Of a stretch of 32,968 bases of DNA, positions 20,849-31,013 are shown one piece after another. Under the pieces are notes generated by a model. It was not told the origin of the DNA, did no database searches, and saw only the letters and a program-made list of their open reading frames with translations. Positions within the stretch are counted from its first letter, which is position 1. The number at the start of each line of letters is the position of its first letter. This DNA is from Candidatus Fraserbacteria bacterium (GTDB lineage Bacteria > Bipolaricaulota > Bipolaricaulia > RBG-16-55-9), in assembly GCA_037443265.1 (NCBI GenBank), contig JBBIOR010000009.1, positions 34,155 through 67,122 on the forward strand, read 5' to 3'. The translations under genes were made by a program, and so were the position numbers.

Positions 20849-21648
20849 CTCTTCAGATGATACCCGCGCCAGAAGAGCACGATGGAGCAGAGCAGCAGCC
20901 CGATCCCCAACGCCGCGCTGATGCTTAAGCCCACCAGCGGGTCCGTATCAGCCATTCCCAAGAGACTAGAGCGGAACCCGGCCGTGATGTACGTGAAGGG
21001 ATTCAGCTGGGCCAGCGGCTCTAAGATCGGCACTCCGCGGATCATCTCCAAGGAATAGAATACGCCGCCCAGCATCACCAAAGGATCCAGCAAGAAGACG
21101 GAGATGGCATTCACCCCATCCCAGCCCTTGGTCCAGAGCCCCACGATGCAGCCGAAGCTACTGAAGGCCAACGAGACCAGCACGAGATACAGCACGGCCA
21201 GCCCCGGATGAGCGAAGGGCAGATTCGTGAAGATGAACGACGCTCCCAAGACGATGACTCCCACGATCAGCCCTCGACACACCCCGGCTGAAATGATCGC
21301 CACGGCCATCTGCGTGTAGGAGAGCGGACTCGAAAGAAAATCAAGGATATTGCCCTGCCAGCGCGACTGAAAGACGCTGTACGCCGGGTTATAAAAAGAA
21401 TTTAAGATCACGGCCATCATGATCAAGCCCGGCAGCATGAATTGAATGTAGGGAACTCCGGCTACGTCTCCTAGGCGCACTCCCAGCGCCAACCCGAAGA
21501 TCAAAATGAAAAGAATCGTTGAGATGATGGGCGGCGCGATCGTGTCCAGCGGGTCTTTCAGATAACGGACCATCTCGCGCTTCCAAAGCGTATAGAACGC
21601 GATCAAGCTCTCTTGAGCTGAAATGCGCACACGGCTCTTGGCACTCAT
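20845..21648 (-). CDS. ABC-2 type exporter permease (YadH-like)
   Basis: About six TM helices; motifs YIQFMLPGL, GGVFYS, NPFTY. Confidence 0.9.
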   Translation of the reverse strand: MSAKSRVRISAQESLIAFYTLWKREMVRYLKDPLDTIAPPIISTILFILIFGLALGVRLGDVAGVPYIQFMLPGLIMMAVILNSFYNPAYSVFQSRWQGNILDFLSSPLSYTQMAVAIISAGVCRGLIVGVIVLGASFIFTNLPFAHPGLAVLYLVLVSLAFSSFGCIVGLWTKGWDGVNAISVFLLDPLVMLGGVFYSLEMIRGVPILEPLAQLNPFTYITAGFRSSLLGMADTDPLVGLSISAALGIGLLLCSIVLFWRGYHLKS

Positions 21649-22592
21649 TCGAAGAATAGGCGTGTTCGCAGCCCCTGCGTTAGTTCCATGAAGACGTCTT
21701 CCAAGCGGGCGCGCTGGGCGTGGATCGCGCTAATTTTGATGCCTTCTTTTGCCAAGACGCTGAGCGCTTCTAGGACGCCATCGTCCTCGAGCGTGCCCCA
21801 GAGTCGCAATCGCCCGTCTTCCCAAACATACTCGATCCCCGGTAGCTTAAGCTCCACAGGCGGGTGTGATGCTTCAGAAAACTCGATCTCCACATAGTCG
21901 CGGCCCACGCGGCGGGTGAGTTCCCTCGGCGGGCCCACAGCCAGCAGCTCCCCGCGATCGAGAATGGCCACGCGCGCGCACAGCCTCTCTGCTTCCTCCA
22001 GATAATGCGTCGTGAGCAGGATCGTCTTGCCCTGAGCGTTCATCTCTTGGAGAAGCCCCCAGATCTGGCGGCGCAGGGCCACATCGGCTCCCGCCGTGGG
22101 CTCATCTAGAATTAAAATCTCTGGATCGTGCATGAGGGCTTTGGCCAGCATGAGCCGCCGCTTCATGCCTCCGGAGAGCTCACCCACTTTGGCGCTGCGC
22201 TTCTCCCAAAGATCAAAGCGCTTGAGCCAGACTTCAGATTTCGCTCGGGCCTGGCGCGGGCGAATCCCGAAATAACCCGCGTAATAAATTAAAATCTCTT
22301 GCACGTTGAGAAACCAGCTGTCGAGCGCCTCTTCTTGAGGCATGACTCCCACCCGACGATGCACGCGTTGATAGTCCCGCACGGCATCCAACCCGTCAAT
22401 GAGAACCCTCCCCGATGTGGGCTTGACCGTCCCGGCGATCACGCCGATGCTGGTCGTCTTGCCCGCGCCGTTCTTCCCCAAGAGTCCGAAAAACTCTCCC
22501 TTTTGAATATGGAGCGTGAGATCCTTCACGGCCACAACACCGGGATATTCTTTGCGCAGATGCTGAAAAGAGATCGCCATCTGTTGGATCAT
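21645..22592 (-). CDS. ABC exporter ATP-binding subunit (YadG/DrrA-like)
   Basis: Motifs GKNGAGKTT, LSGGMKRR, LILDEPT, TTHYLEEAE, LEDVF. Confidence 0.95.
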   Translation of the reverse strand: MIQQMAISFQHLRKEYPGVVAVKDLTLHIQKGEFFGLLGKNGAGKTTSIGVIAGTVKPTSGRVLIDGLDAVRDYQRVHRRVGVMPQEEALDSWFLNVQEILIYYAGYFGIRPRQARAKSEVWLKRFDLWEKRSAKVGELSGGMKRRLMLAKALMHDPEILILDEPTAGADVALRRQIWGLLQEMNAQGKTILLTTHYLEEAERLCARVAILDRGELLAVGPPRELTRRVGRDYVEIEFSEASHPPVELKLPGIEYVWEDGRLRLWGTLEDDGVLEALSVLAKEGIKISAIHAQRARLEDVFMELTQGLRTRLFFE

Positions 22593-22930
22593 AGTGGTTT
22601 CCCCTGCTCAAGCAGCCACTCTCCCAGCTCGATCGCCGCCTCCACAACGAGGCGATACGCTCGCTCCAGAGCCTGCTCATCGGCCCCCAGCAAGCCCGCA
22701 TGGCCTTCCGAAAGCACCCGCAGAGCTTTATAGAAGGCCGTCAAGATCTCGACGGTCCCGCGCCCCATTTTCTGAAGGGCCTCTGCGCCCAGGGCCTCGT
22801 ACTCCTGGAAAGCGTAATCTACGGCCCAAGGGGCATCAGGCTCATCGAGCGCGGTCAGATCCCGACGCAGGCGCTCCAAGTTCCCTTTTAATTCTTCCAG
22901 CAGCGGAGCCGGGAGTCGATCTTCAGGCAT
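22589..22930 (-). CDS. Small helical hypothetical protein
   Basis: 113 aa; fills the gap, stop overlaps the ATPase start (ATGA), and a -10 lies just upstream. Confidence 0.7.
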   Translation of the reverse strand: MPEDRLPAPLLEELKGNLERLRRDLTALDEPDAPWAVDYAFQEYEALGAEALQKMGRGTVEILTAFYKALRVLSEGHAGLLGADEQALERAYRLVVEAAIELGEWLLEQGKPL

Positions 22931-22939
22931 GGTGGGAAT

Positions 22940-22948
22940 ATTCTAGCA
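22940..22948 (-). promoter_or_regulatory. Extended -10 (TGcTAGAAT) for the hypothetical/ABC exporter operon
   Basis: 9 nt upstream of ATG 22930; no SD between the motif and the start. Confidence 0.55.
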
Positions 22949-22967
22949 CGATGGCCTCCCTTACGCT

Positions 22968-25170
<2,203 letters not shown>

Positions 25171-25173
25171 CAG

Positions 25174-25203
25174 TTGACGACCCCTTCGAAATCCTGATAG
25201 AAT
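25174..25203 (+). promoter_or_regulatory. Sigma70-type promoter of the amino-acid ABC operon
   Basis: TTGACG-N18-TAGAAT with extended TG. AGGAGG RBS at 25233-25238. Confidence 0.7.
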
Positions 25204-25244
25204 GCTGCGCCAGGCAAACCCTTTGAAAACAGAGGAGGTTGCAC

Positions 25245-26132
25245 ATGTATATCAGCAAGAGACTGCTCGTGCTGGGGCTGGTGGCCCTTCTGGGGCTTCT
25301 GCTCTCTGGGCCGCTTTGGGCCGATGATCCCGAGTTGGCCAAAAAGTCCACCCTAGAAGAGATCCTGGCCCGGGGCAAGATCGTCGTCTGTTCAGATATT
25401 CCCTTTGAGCCGTTCGAGTTCGAGGACGAGCAGGGCAATCTCGTAGGCTTCGACGTGGATCTCATTAAACTCTTGGCCAAAGAGATGGGTGTGGGCTTTG
25501 AGTTCAAGGCCACGGCGTTCGACACCATCATCCCGTCTTTGAACGCGCGCACCTGTGATCTGATCGCCTCGGACATCACCGCCACCCTGCAGCGGGCGCT
25601 GTCGGCCAACTTCAGCGAGCCGTACCTTGAGACCGGCCAGATCGCCCTAGTCAGCCTCAACCCTCCGAGCCGCAAGGCCATCCAGAGCTATAGCGACCTC
25701 AATGATCCCGGCATCATCATCACGGTGCAGCTGGGGACCACGGGGGAGGAGGCAGCCCGAAAATTCTTCCCCCAGGCGGACATCCGCACCTTTGACAACG
25801 CGCAGCTGGCCCTACAAGAAGTGGTGGATGGTCGGGCGGACGCCATCATCTTCGATGAAGTCTTCCTGCGTCCGCAGTCTCAAAATCCAAACGTGCAGGG
25901 CAAGGCCGTGCTCTGCTGCCCGCGCAATAACCCTGAGCTGCTCACCACCGAGTTCATCGCGTTGGCCATCCGCAAGGGCGATCCGGACTTCTTGACCTAC
26001 TTGAATCTCTTCATGGAGCAGGCGAAGAAGACGATCAAGGTGACCGCGGAATTGGCCCAAGAGTTCCAGCTTCCTGCCCAGACCATTGGTCTACCGTTCC
26101 TCCAGGCCATCCGGGTCAAGTGGGGCGTGTAG
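25245..26132 (+). CDS. Polar amino-acid ABC transporter substrate-binding protein (family 3)
   Basis: Signal peptide (..PLWA|DD); motifs PFEF..GNLVGFDVD, ITATLQR..FSEPY, QLGTTG. Confidence 0.93.
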   Translation: MYISKRLLVLGLVALLGLLLSGPLWADDPELAKKSTLEEILARGKIVVCSDIPFEPFEFEDEQGNLVGFDVDLIKLLAKEMGVGFEFKATAFDTIIPSLNARTCDLIASDITATLQRALSANFSEPYLETGQIALVSLNPPSRKAIQSYSDLNDPGIIITVQLGTTGEEAARKFFPQADIRTFDNAQLALQEVVDGRADAIIFDEVFLRPQSQNPNVQGKAVLCCPRNNPELLTTEFIALAIRKGDPDFLTYLNLFMEQAKKTIKVTAELAQEFQLPAQTIGLPFLQAIRVKWGV

Positions 26133-26159
26133 TCATCTAGCCGCAGCGGGATGATTCAC

Positions 26160-26201
26160 GGGGGGGGAGGATGGTTGAATCACTCCCCCCCTTTCTCTTT
26201 T
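26160..26201 (+). terminator. Intra-operon hairpin plus U-rich tract (terminator/attenuator or mRNA stabiliser)
   Basis: GGGGGGGAG (26161-26169) pairs with CTCCCCCCC (26183-26191), followed by TTTCTCTTTT. Confidence 0.7.
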
Positions 26202-26202
26202 A

Positions 26203-27060
26203 ATGGCGCAGAGATGGGCCATGACTCTGGCAGCTCGTAGGCTCCGAGAGGTCCTTTGGATCGCCGCGCGCTTTGCCCTGGCAGCTGCCCTGCTGCTGGG
26301 TGCCATCCTGCTGATCTTCCGGGGCTTAGGCTCAAATTACACCTTCCACTGGGCGGAAGCCCTGCAATTTCTGCCGCGCTTCAATCAAGGCCTCTGGGTG
26401 ACGCTCCAGATCTCGTTCTTCGGGGCGCTACTGGCTGTGGCCTTGGGATTGGTCGTGGCCCTGCTGCGTCTTAGCCCCTGGGGTCCGGTGCGGGACCTGG
26501 GGGGCTTATATGTACATACATTCCGCAATCTCCCCTTTCTCGTGGTGATGCTGCTCTTCTATTTTGGGCTGGGACAGGCGATCCGTCTGCCGACCCTGGA
26601 GCTCTTCGGCCAGACCTTCCCGCCGCAATTCCTCTGGGGCATGCTCTCTTTGGGGGTCTATGAGTCGAGCTATCTGGGCGAGACGTTTCGCGCGGGCATC
26701 CTTGCCATCCACAAAGAGCAAGTCGAGTCCGCCCGCTCGCTGGGGATGAATTATCTCCAAGTGATGCGTCATGTGGTGCTGCCCCAGGCGTTGCGCGTCG
26801 TGCTACCCCCCATGACCAGCACACTGATTGCGCTGGTTAAAGAGTCCTCGCTCCTGTTTCTCATTCAGGTGCCGGAGCTCACCAATGCCGCGCGCCAGCT
26901 GGCCATCCCCCTAAGGCGCCCCTATGTGTTCGAGTTTTACACCATTCTGGCCGGCTATTATCTGGCCATTGTGGTGCCCTTGAGCCTGCTGTCGAACTGG
27001 CTGGAGAGCCGTCTGGGAGCCGGCCGCGCGTTGAGGGAGGCCATGCGCCATGACGCCTGA
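26203..27060 (+). CDS. Polar amino-acid ABC transporter permease
   Basis: Motifs GLWVTLQIS, FRNLPFLV, EAA loop [19 protein letters not shown]. Start may be 26221. Confidence 0.93.
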   Translation: MAQRWAMTLAARRLREVLWIAARFALAAALLLGAILLIFRGLGSNYTFHWAEALQFLPRFNQGLWVTLQISFFGALLAVALGLVVALLRLSPWGPVRDLGGLYVHTFRNLPFLVVMLLFYFGLGQAIRLPTLELFGQTFPPQFLWGMLSLGVYESSYLGETFRAGILAIHKEQVESARSLGMNYLQVMRHVVLPQALRVVLPPMTSTLIALVKESSLLFLIQVPELTNAARQLAIPLRRPYVFEFYTILAGYYLAIVVPLSLLSNWLESRLGAGRALREAMRHDA

Positions 27061-27886
27061 GATGCGCGGGGAGGCGATCGGCTGGGCGCGCGCGTATCAG
27101 CTGCTCAAGATCGCTGGACGCGTCCTCTTTTCTGCGGCGCTGGTGACGGGCACGCTTCTGGCAATCTATGGGATCCTCTCGCAGAGCTATCCCTTCCGCT
27201 GGCGACCGGCCCTGCAAGACCTGGACGCCTTCCATCAAGGACTCCTGCGGACGCTCCAGATTTCGCTCGTCTCGATGGTCTTTGGCACCGCGCTGGGGTT
27301 GCTGATTGCTCTGGCGCGCCTGGCCCCCTTCGCCCTGCTCCGGGATATGGGGGCGCTCTACGTGCACACGCTGCGCAACATCCCCTTTTTAGTGTTTATT
27401 CTGTTCATGTACTTTGGAGTAGCCCGCTCGGTGATCCCCACAGGAGCCTACGTCCCTCTCTTCGGCTGGGAGCTCGACGCGCGGCTCTTCTGGGGGGTTG
27501 TGGCGCTCTCGCTCTTTGAGGCCAGCTTCATCTCTGAAATCTTGCGCGCGGGCATCCTTTCCATCCACCCCACGCAGATGGAATCCGCCCGCTCGTTGGG
27601 GATGAATTATCTCCAAGCCCTGCGCTATGTGATCCTGCCCCAGGCGTTTAGAAATATTCTACCGCCGCTTACGGGCGAGCTGATCGCCCTCGTGAAAGAA
27701 TCCGCGCTCTTGATGATCATCTCGCTGCCGGAGCTTACCCTCACCGCCAAGCAGCTGGCCAGCCAGAAGCCGCTCCAATTTGAGTTCTACACGATCCTGG
27801 CCGCATACTATCTGGTGATCACGCTGCCTCTGGCAGCTCTTTCGCATCTTTTGGAGCGGAGGCTTAAGCTCGGAGGACGGGAGTAG
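27050..27886 (+). CDS. Polar amino-acid ABC transporter permease (second paralog)
   Basis: Motifs [36 protein letters not shown]. Confidence 0.93.
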   Translation: MTPEMRGEAIGWARAYQLLKIAGRVLFSAALVTGTLLAIYGILSQSYPFRWRPALQDLDAFHQGLLRTLQISLVSMVFGTALGLLIALARLAPFALLRDMGALYVHTLRNIPFLVFILFMYFGVARSVIPTGAYVPLFGWELDARLFWGVVALSLFEASFISEILRAGILSIHPTQMESARSLGMNYLQALRYVILPQAFRNILPPLTGELIALVKESALLMIISLPELTLTAKQLASQKPLQFEFYTILAAYYLVITLPLAALSHLLERRLKLGGRE

Positions 27887-27891
27887 AGACC

Positions 27892-28635
27892 ATGAGCCCC
27901 CACCCCATGATCGAAATAAGAGGCGTGCAGAAGTGGTTCGGCCGCTTGCACGTCCTTCGCGGGGTCACCCTCAGCGTGAAGGAGGGCGAAGTGGTGGTGA
28001 TTGCCGGGGCCAGCGGCTCGGGCAAATCCACGCTCTTGCGCTGCCTAAACGGCCTCGAGAAGATCCAGCAGGGCGAGATCTGGGTCGACGGCGTCCCCAT
28101 CCATGATAAGAGAACCAATCTCAATCGAATCCGCCAAAAGATCGGCATTGTCTTCCAGAGCTACAACCTCTTCCCCCACATGACGGTGTTGCGGAACATC
28201 ATCCTGGGGCCTGTGGTCGTAAAAGGCGTGCCTCCCCGACAAGTCTATGGGCGCGCCCTGCAGCTTCTTAGGCGCATTGGGATTGCCGATAAAGCCAATG
28301 CCTATCCCGATCAGCTCTCCGGGGGCCAGCGCCAGAGAGTCGCCATCGTGCGCGCACTGGCCATGGAGCCGAAAGTCATGCTCTTCGATGAGCCCACCAG
28401 TGCGCTCGATCCCGAAATGATCAAAGAGGTTTTAGATCTAATGCGCGAGCTGGCCCAAGAGAAGATGACCATGATTGTCGTCACGCACGAGATGGGCTTT
28501 GCGCGCGAGGTGGCCGATAGAATTGCCTTCATGGCCGACGGGCAGATCATCGAGATCGCCCCGCCTGAGGAGTTCTTCGCCCATCCCAAAGACGAGCGGA
28601 CCCGCCGCTTCATCGAGAAGATTCTCGCCGTCTAG
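27892..28635 (+). CDS. Polar amino-acid ABC transporter ATP-binding protein (GlnQ family)
   Basis: Motifs [48 protein letters not shown]. Confidence 0.96.
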   Translation: MSPHPMIEIRGVQKWFGRLHVLRGVTLSVKEGEVVVIAGASGSGKSTLLRCLNGLEKIQQGEIWVDGVPIHDKRTNLNRIRQKIGIVFQSYNLFPHMTVLRNIILGPVVVKGVPPRQVYGRALQLLRRIGIADKANAYPDQLSGGQRQRVAIVRALAMEPKVMLFDEPTSALDPEMIKEVLDLMRELAQEKMTMIVVTHEMGFAREVADRIAFMADGQIIEIAPPEEFFAHPKDERTRRFIEKILAV

Positions 28636-28637
28636 AA

Positions 28638-28848
28638 ACTTTCCTGCCCGCTGGCGGTAGATGCTAGGGAGATTTGGCCCGTGGGGGTTGGCCTCCTTTC
28701 CCCTGCGGGCGGTAGTCCCCCTCCCATCCTCACCGCTTCGGGCGGTCGCCCCGGTGCCGGGCCGGCCGCCCGCCCGTCTTTGCTCAGTGGGTGGGATTTC
28801 AAGGATCTTGATCTCAAACCGACCCGGTCCCTCAAATGGTAGAGGGAT
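28638..28848 (+). ncRNA. Candidate structured non-coding RNA, family unassigned (6S-like rod fold possible)
   Basis: Nested helices 28739-48/28763-72, 28750-53/28758-61 and 28722-29/28789-96; also 28644-51/28705-12, 28685-91/28819-25, 28799-803/28807-11 and 28828-33/28842-47. Folded by eye only. Confidence 0.5.
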
Positions 28849-28927
28849 ACACAGTATAGCGTATTGTAGAAGTAGCCGATCTTGTTGCAGCTGTCAAAGA
28901 TTTCCTTCCAGCTATAGAACACACCAA

Positions 28928-28957
28928 TTGCAAACTCTGCTGTCCATCTCTTACACT
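28928..28957 (+). promoter_or_regulatory. Candidate promoter of the carboxyltransferase gene
   Basis: TTGCAA-N18-TACACT, 14 nt upstream of ATG 28972. Confidence 0.55.
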
Positions 28958-28971
28958 CGAAATGATCAGCC

Positions 28972-30513
28972 ATGCCCAACGATCCTCTCAAGAAACTCCA
29001 AGAGCTCAAAGAGCGGGCGCGCCTCGGCGGCGGCCAGGAGCGCATCGAACGCCAGCACCAGGCCGGAAAACTGACCGCCCGCGAGCGCTTAGAGATCCTG
29101 TTAGACGAAGGAAGCTTCACGGAACTAGACATGCTCGTCACCCACCGCATCACGGACTTCCCGCTGGAGAAGATTCCGGGCGACGGGGTGGTGACGGGCT
29201 ATGGCACGATCCATGGCCGCAAAGTCTATGTATTCTCCCAAGATTTCACGGTCTTCGGAGGCTCCCTCTCCCAAGCTCATGCGGAAAAGATCTGCAAAAT
29301 TATGGATTTAGCGCTCAAGGCCGGAGTCCCCATCATCGGCCTCAACGACTCCGGAGGAGCCAGAATCCAAGAGGGAGTCGTCAGCTTAGGAGGCTATGCG
29401 GAAATATTCTTGAGGAACACGCTCGCTTCGGGTGTGATTCCGCAGATTTCTGCCATCATGGGGCCCTGCGCCGGAGGCGCCGTCTACTCCCCGGCCATCA
29501 CGGATTTTCTATTCATGGTCAAGGGGACCAGCTACATGTATGTCACCGGCCCTCGGGTGGTAAAGGCTGTCACTCAGGAAGACGTCACGCATGAAGAACT
29601 AGGCGGAGCGGAAGTCCACGCGCAGAAGAGCGGCGTGGCCCACTTCATGGAGGAGGACGACGTGGCTTGTCTGGAGCGCATTCGCGAGCTGCTTACGTAT
29701 CTACCTCAGAACAACCGCTCCGAGCCCCCTCTTGTTCCCACGGAAGATCCGCCCGATCGCCGCTCAGAAGAACTAGCAAAGCTCATCCCGGAAAACCCCA
29801 ACAAGCCCTATGACATGCACGCAATCATTAAGAGCATCGTCGACGATGGGGTCTTTCTGGAAGTGCATAGAGACTACGCGCGCAATATCATCGTGGGCTT
29901 TGCCCGGCTGAATGGACGCTCTGTAGGCATCGTGGCCAATCAGCCAGATGTGCTCGCCGGGGTGCTCGATATCGACGCTGCGCTTAAAGCCGCACGCTTC
30001 GTGAGAACCTGCGACTGCTTCAACATCCCCATCGTGACGTTTGTGGACGTGCCGGGATTCTTGCCCGGCACAGATCAAGAATGGCGCGGGATTATCAAAC
30101 ACGGCGCCAAGCTGCTTTATGCCTTCGCCGAGGCCACCGTCCCCAAGGTGACGGTGATCGTGCGCAAAGCCTATGGCGGGGCCTATGACGTGATGAGCTC
30201 CAAGCACATCCGCGGGGATTTCAATTTCGCCTGGCCCACAGCCGAGATCGCCGTCATGGGACCCCAAGGGGCCGTCGAGATCATCTACAGCAAAGAGCTC
30301 GAAGGGGCCGAAGATCCCGAGACGCTCAAGGCGAAGTTCATCGAAGAGTATCGTGCGAAGTTTGCCAATCCCTACATTGCCGCCCAGATGGGCTACGTCG
30401 ACGACGTGATCGATCCAGCCGACACGCGCCCGGTGCTCATTCGCTCTCTGGAGATGCTCTCTTCCAAGCGCGATAGCAACCCCTGGAGGAAGCACGGGAA
30501 CATCCCGCTTTAA
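28972..30513 (+). CDS. Acyl-CoA carboxylase carboxyltransferase subunit (PccB / methylmalonyl-CoA decarboxylase alpha family)
   Basis: Motifs [63 protein letters not shown]. Confidence 0.95.
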   Translation: MPNDPLKKLQELKERARLGGGQERIERQHQAGKLTARERLEILLDEGSFTELDMLVTHRITDFPLEKIPGDGVVTGYGTIHGRKVYVFSQDFTVFGGSLSQAHAEKICKIMDLALKAGVPIIGLNDSGGARIQEGVVSLGGYAEIFLRNTLASGVIPQISAIMGPCAGGAVYSPAITDFLFMVKGTSYMYVTGPRVVKAVTQEDVTHEELGGAEVHAQKSGVAHFMEEDDVACLERIRELLTYLPQNNRSEPPLVPTEDPPDRRSEELAKLIPENPNKPYDMHAIIKSIVDDGVFLEVHRDYARNIIVGFARLNGRSVGIVANQPDVLAGVLDIDAALKAARFVRTCDCFNIPIVTFVDVPGFLPGTDQEWRGIIKHGAKLLYAFAEATVPKVTVIVRKAYGGAYDVMSSKHIRGDFNFAWPTAEIAVMGPQGAVEIIYSKELEGAEDPETLKAKFIEEYRAKFANPYIAAQMGYVDDVIDPADTRPVLIRSLEMLSSKRDSNPWRKHGNIPL

Positions 30514-30908
30514 ATTTTAGGCCGGACCGGTGGCCGGATGTAGCTAACTCGAGGATGCTGTGACAGCGTCAAAAGCACCTTCGGCGGCACGCGCGCCTGT
30601 AGGAGGTCTTCAGAGCTAGCCTCCACACGGCCACCTAGGGCCTCGACGGCCCAGGCCAGATCCTCCTGCCACTGGGGGCCCGCAAGCTCCAAGACGACGA
30701 GCACCCGGCCCTCTTTAAGCTCCAGGCCGAATCTCTGGGCATAGGCCTCCGGCTTTTCCGCGATGGCCAGCGCGAAGAGTCGGGCTTCTAGCTTGGGGAA
30801 ATCCTCCGGCTTGGGAGGCGGCCCCAGGGTTTGATCCTCCCGCTGAGAGCACGAATTGAGCAGCAGCACCACACCCAGCGCCAGAGATATTGAAAGGGCT
30901 CTCATCAT
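30510..30908 (-). CDS. Small putative lipoprotein resembling a stand-alone subtilase propeptide
   Basis: Hydrophobic leader plus LNSC lipobox; [35 protein letters not shown] pattern. Confidence 0.65.
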   Translation of the reverse strand: MMRALSISLALGVVLLLNSCSQREDQTLGPPPKPEDFPKLEARLFALAIAEKPEAYAQRFGLELKEGRVLVVLELAGPQWQEDLAWAVEALGGRVEASSEDLLQARVPPKVLLTLSQHPRVSYIRPPVRPKI

Positions 30909-30914
30909 GCTCTT

Positions 30915-30920
30915 AGTCTA
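30915..30920 (-). promoter_or_regulatory. Candidate -10 (TAGACT) of a leaderless transcript
   Basis: 6 nt upstream of ATG 30908; no SD. Confidence 0.45.
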
Positions 30921-30963
30921 CCCGAGGGCTGCGGCCAAATCACACCCCCAGGGAGACTCGTCC

Positions 30964-30992
30964 TTGAAAGCGCCAGTCTTTCCGATTACGAT
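30964..30992 (+). promoter_or_regulatory. Candidate promoter of the 612-aa gene
   Basis: TTGAAA-N17-TACGAT. Confidence 0.6.
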
Positions 30993-31013
30993 GCGGCATC
31001 TCTTCAAGGGGGG

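Noticed and set aside
25179..25222. TPP-riboswitch-like words (ACCC..GAA..CCTGAT..AATGC..CG..AGG)
   Set aside because: No upstream CTGAGA/P2-P3 and no P5 stem. The stretch coincides with the predicted -35/-10 and so would not be transcribed.
28660..28700. SAM-I-like fragment (AGGGA..TGGCCCG)
   Set aside because: Lacks ATC.AGAG, GCAACC and the terminal GAT of P1.
28962..29594. 210-aa alternative-frame ORF over the carboxyltransferase (also 28632-29153 and 28661-29074)
   Set aside because: Low-complexity or motif-less shadow ORFs of a strongly conserved gene in GC-rich DNA.
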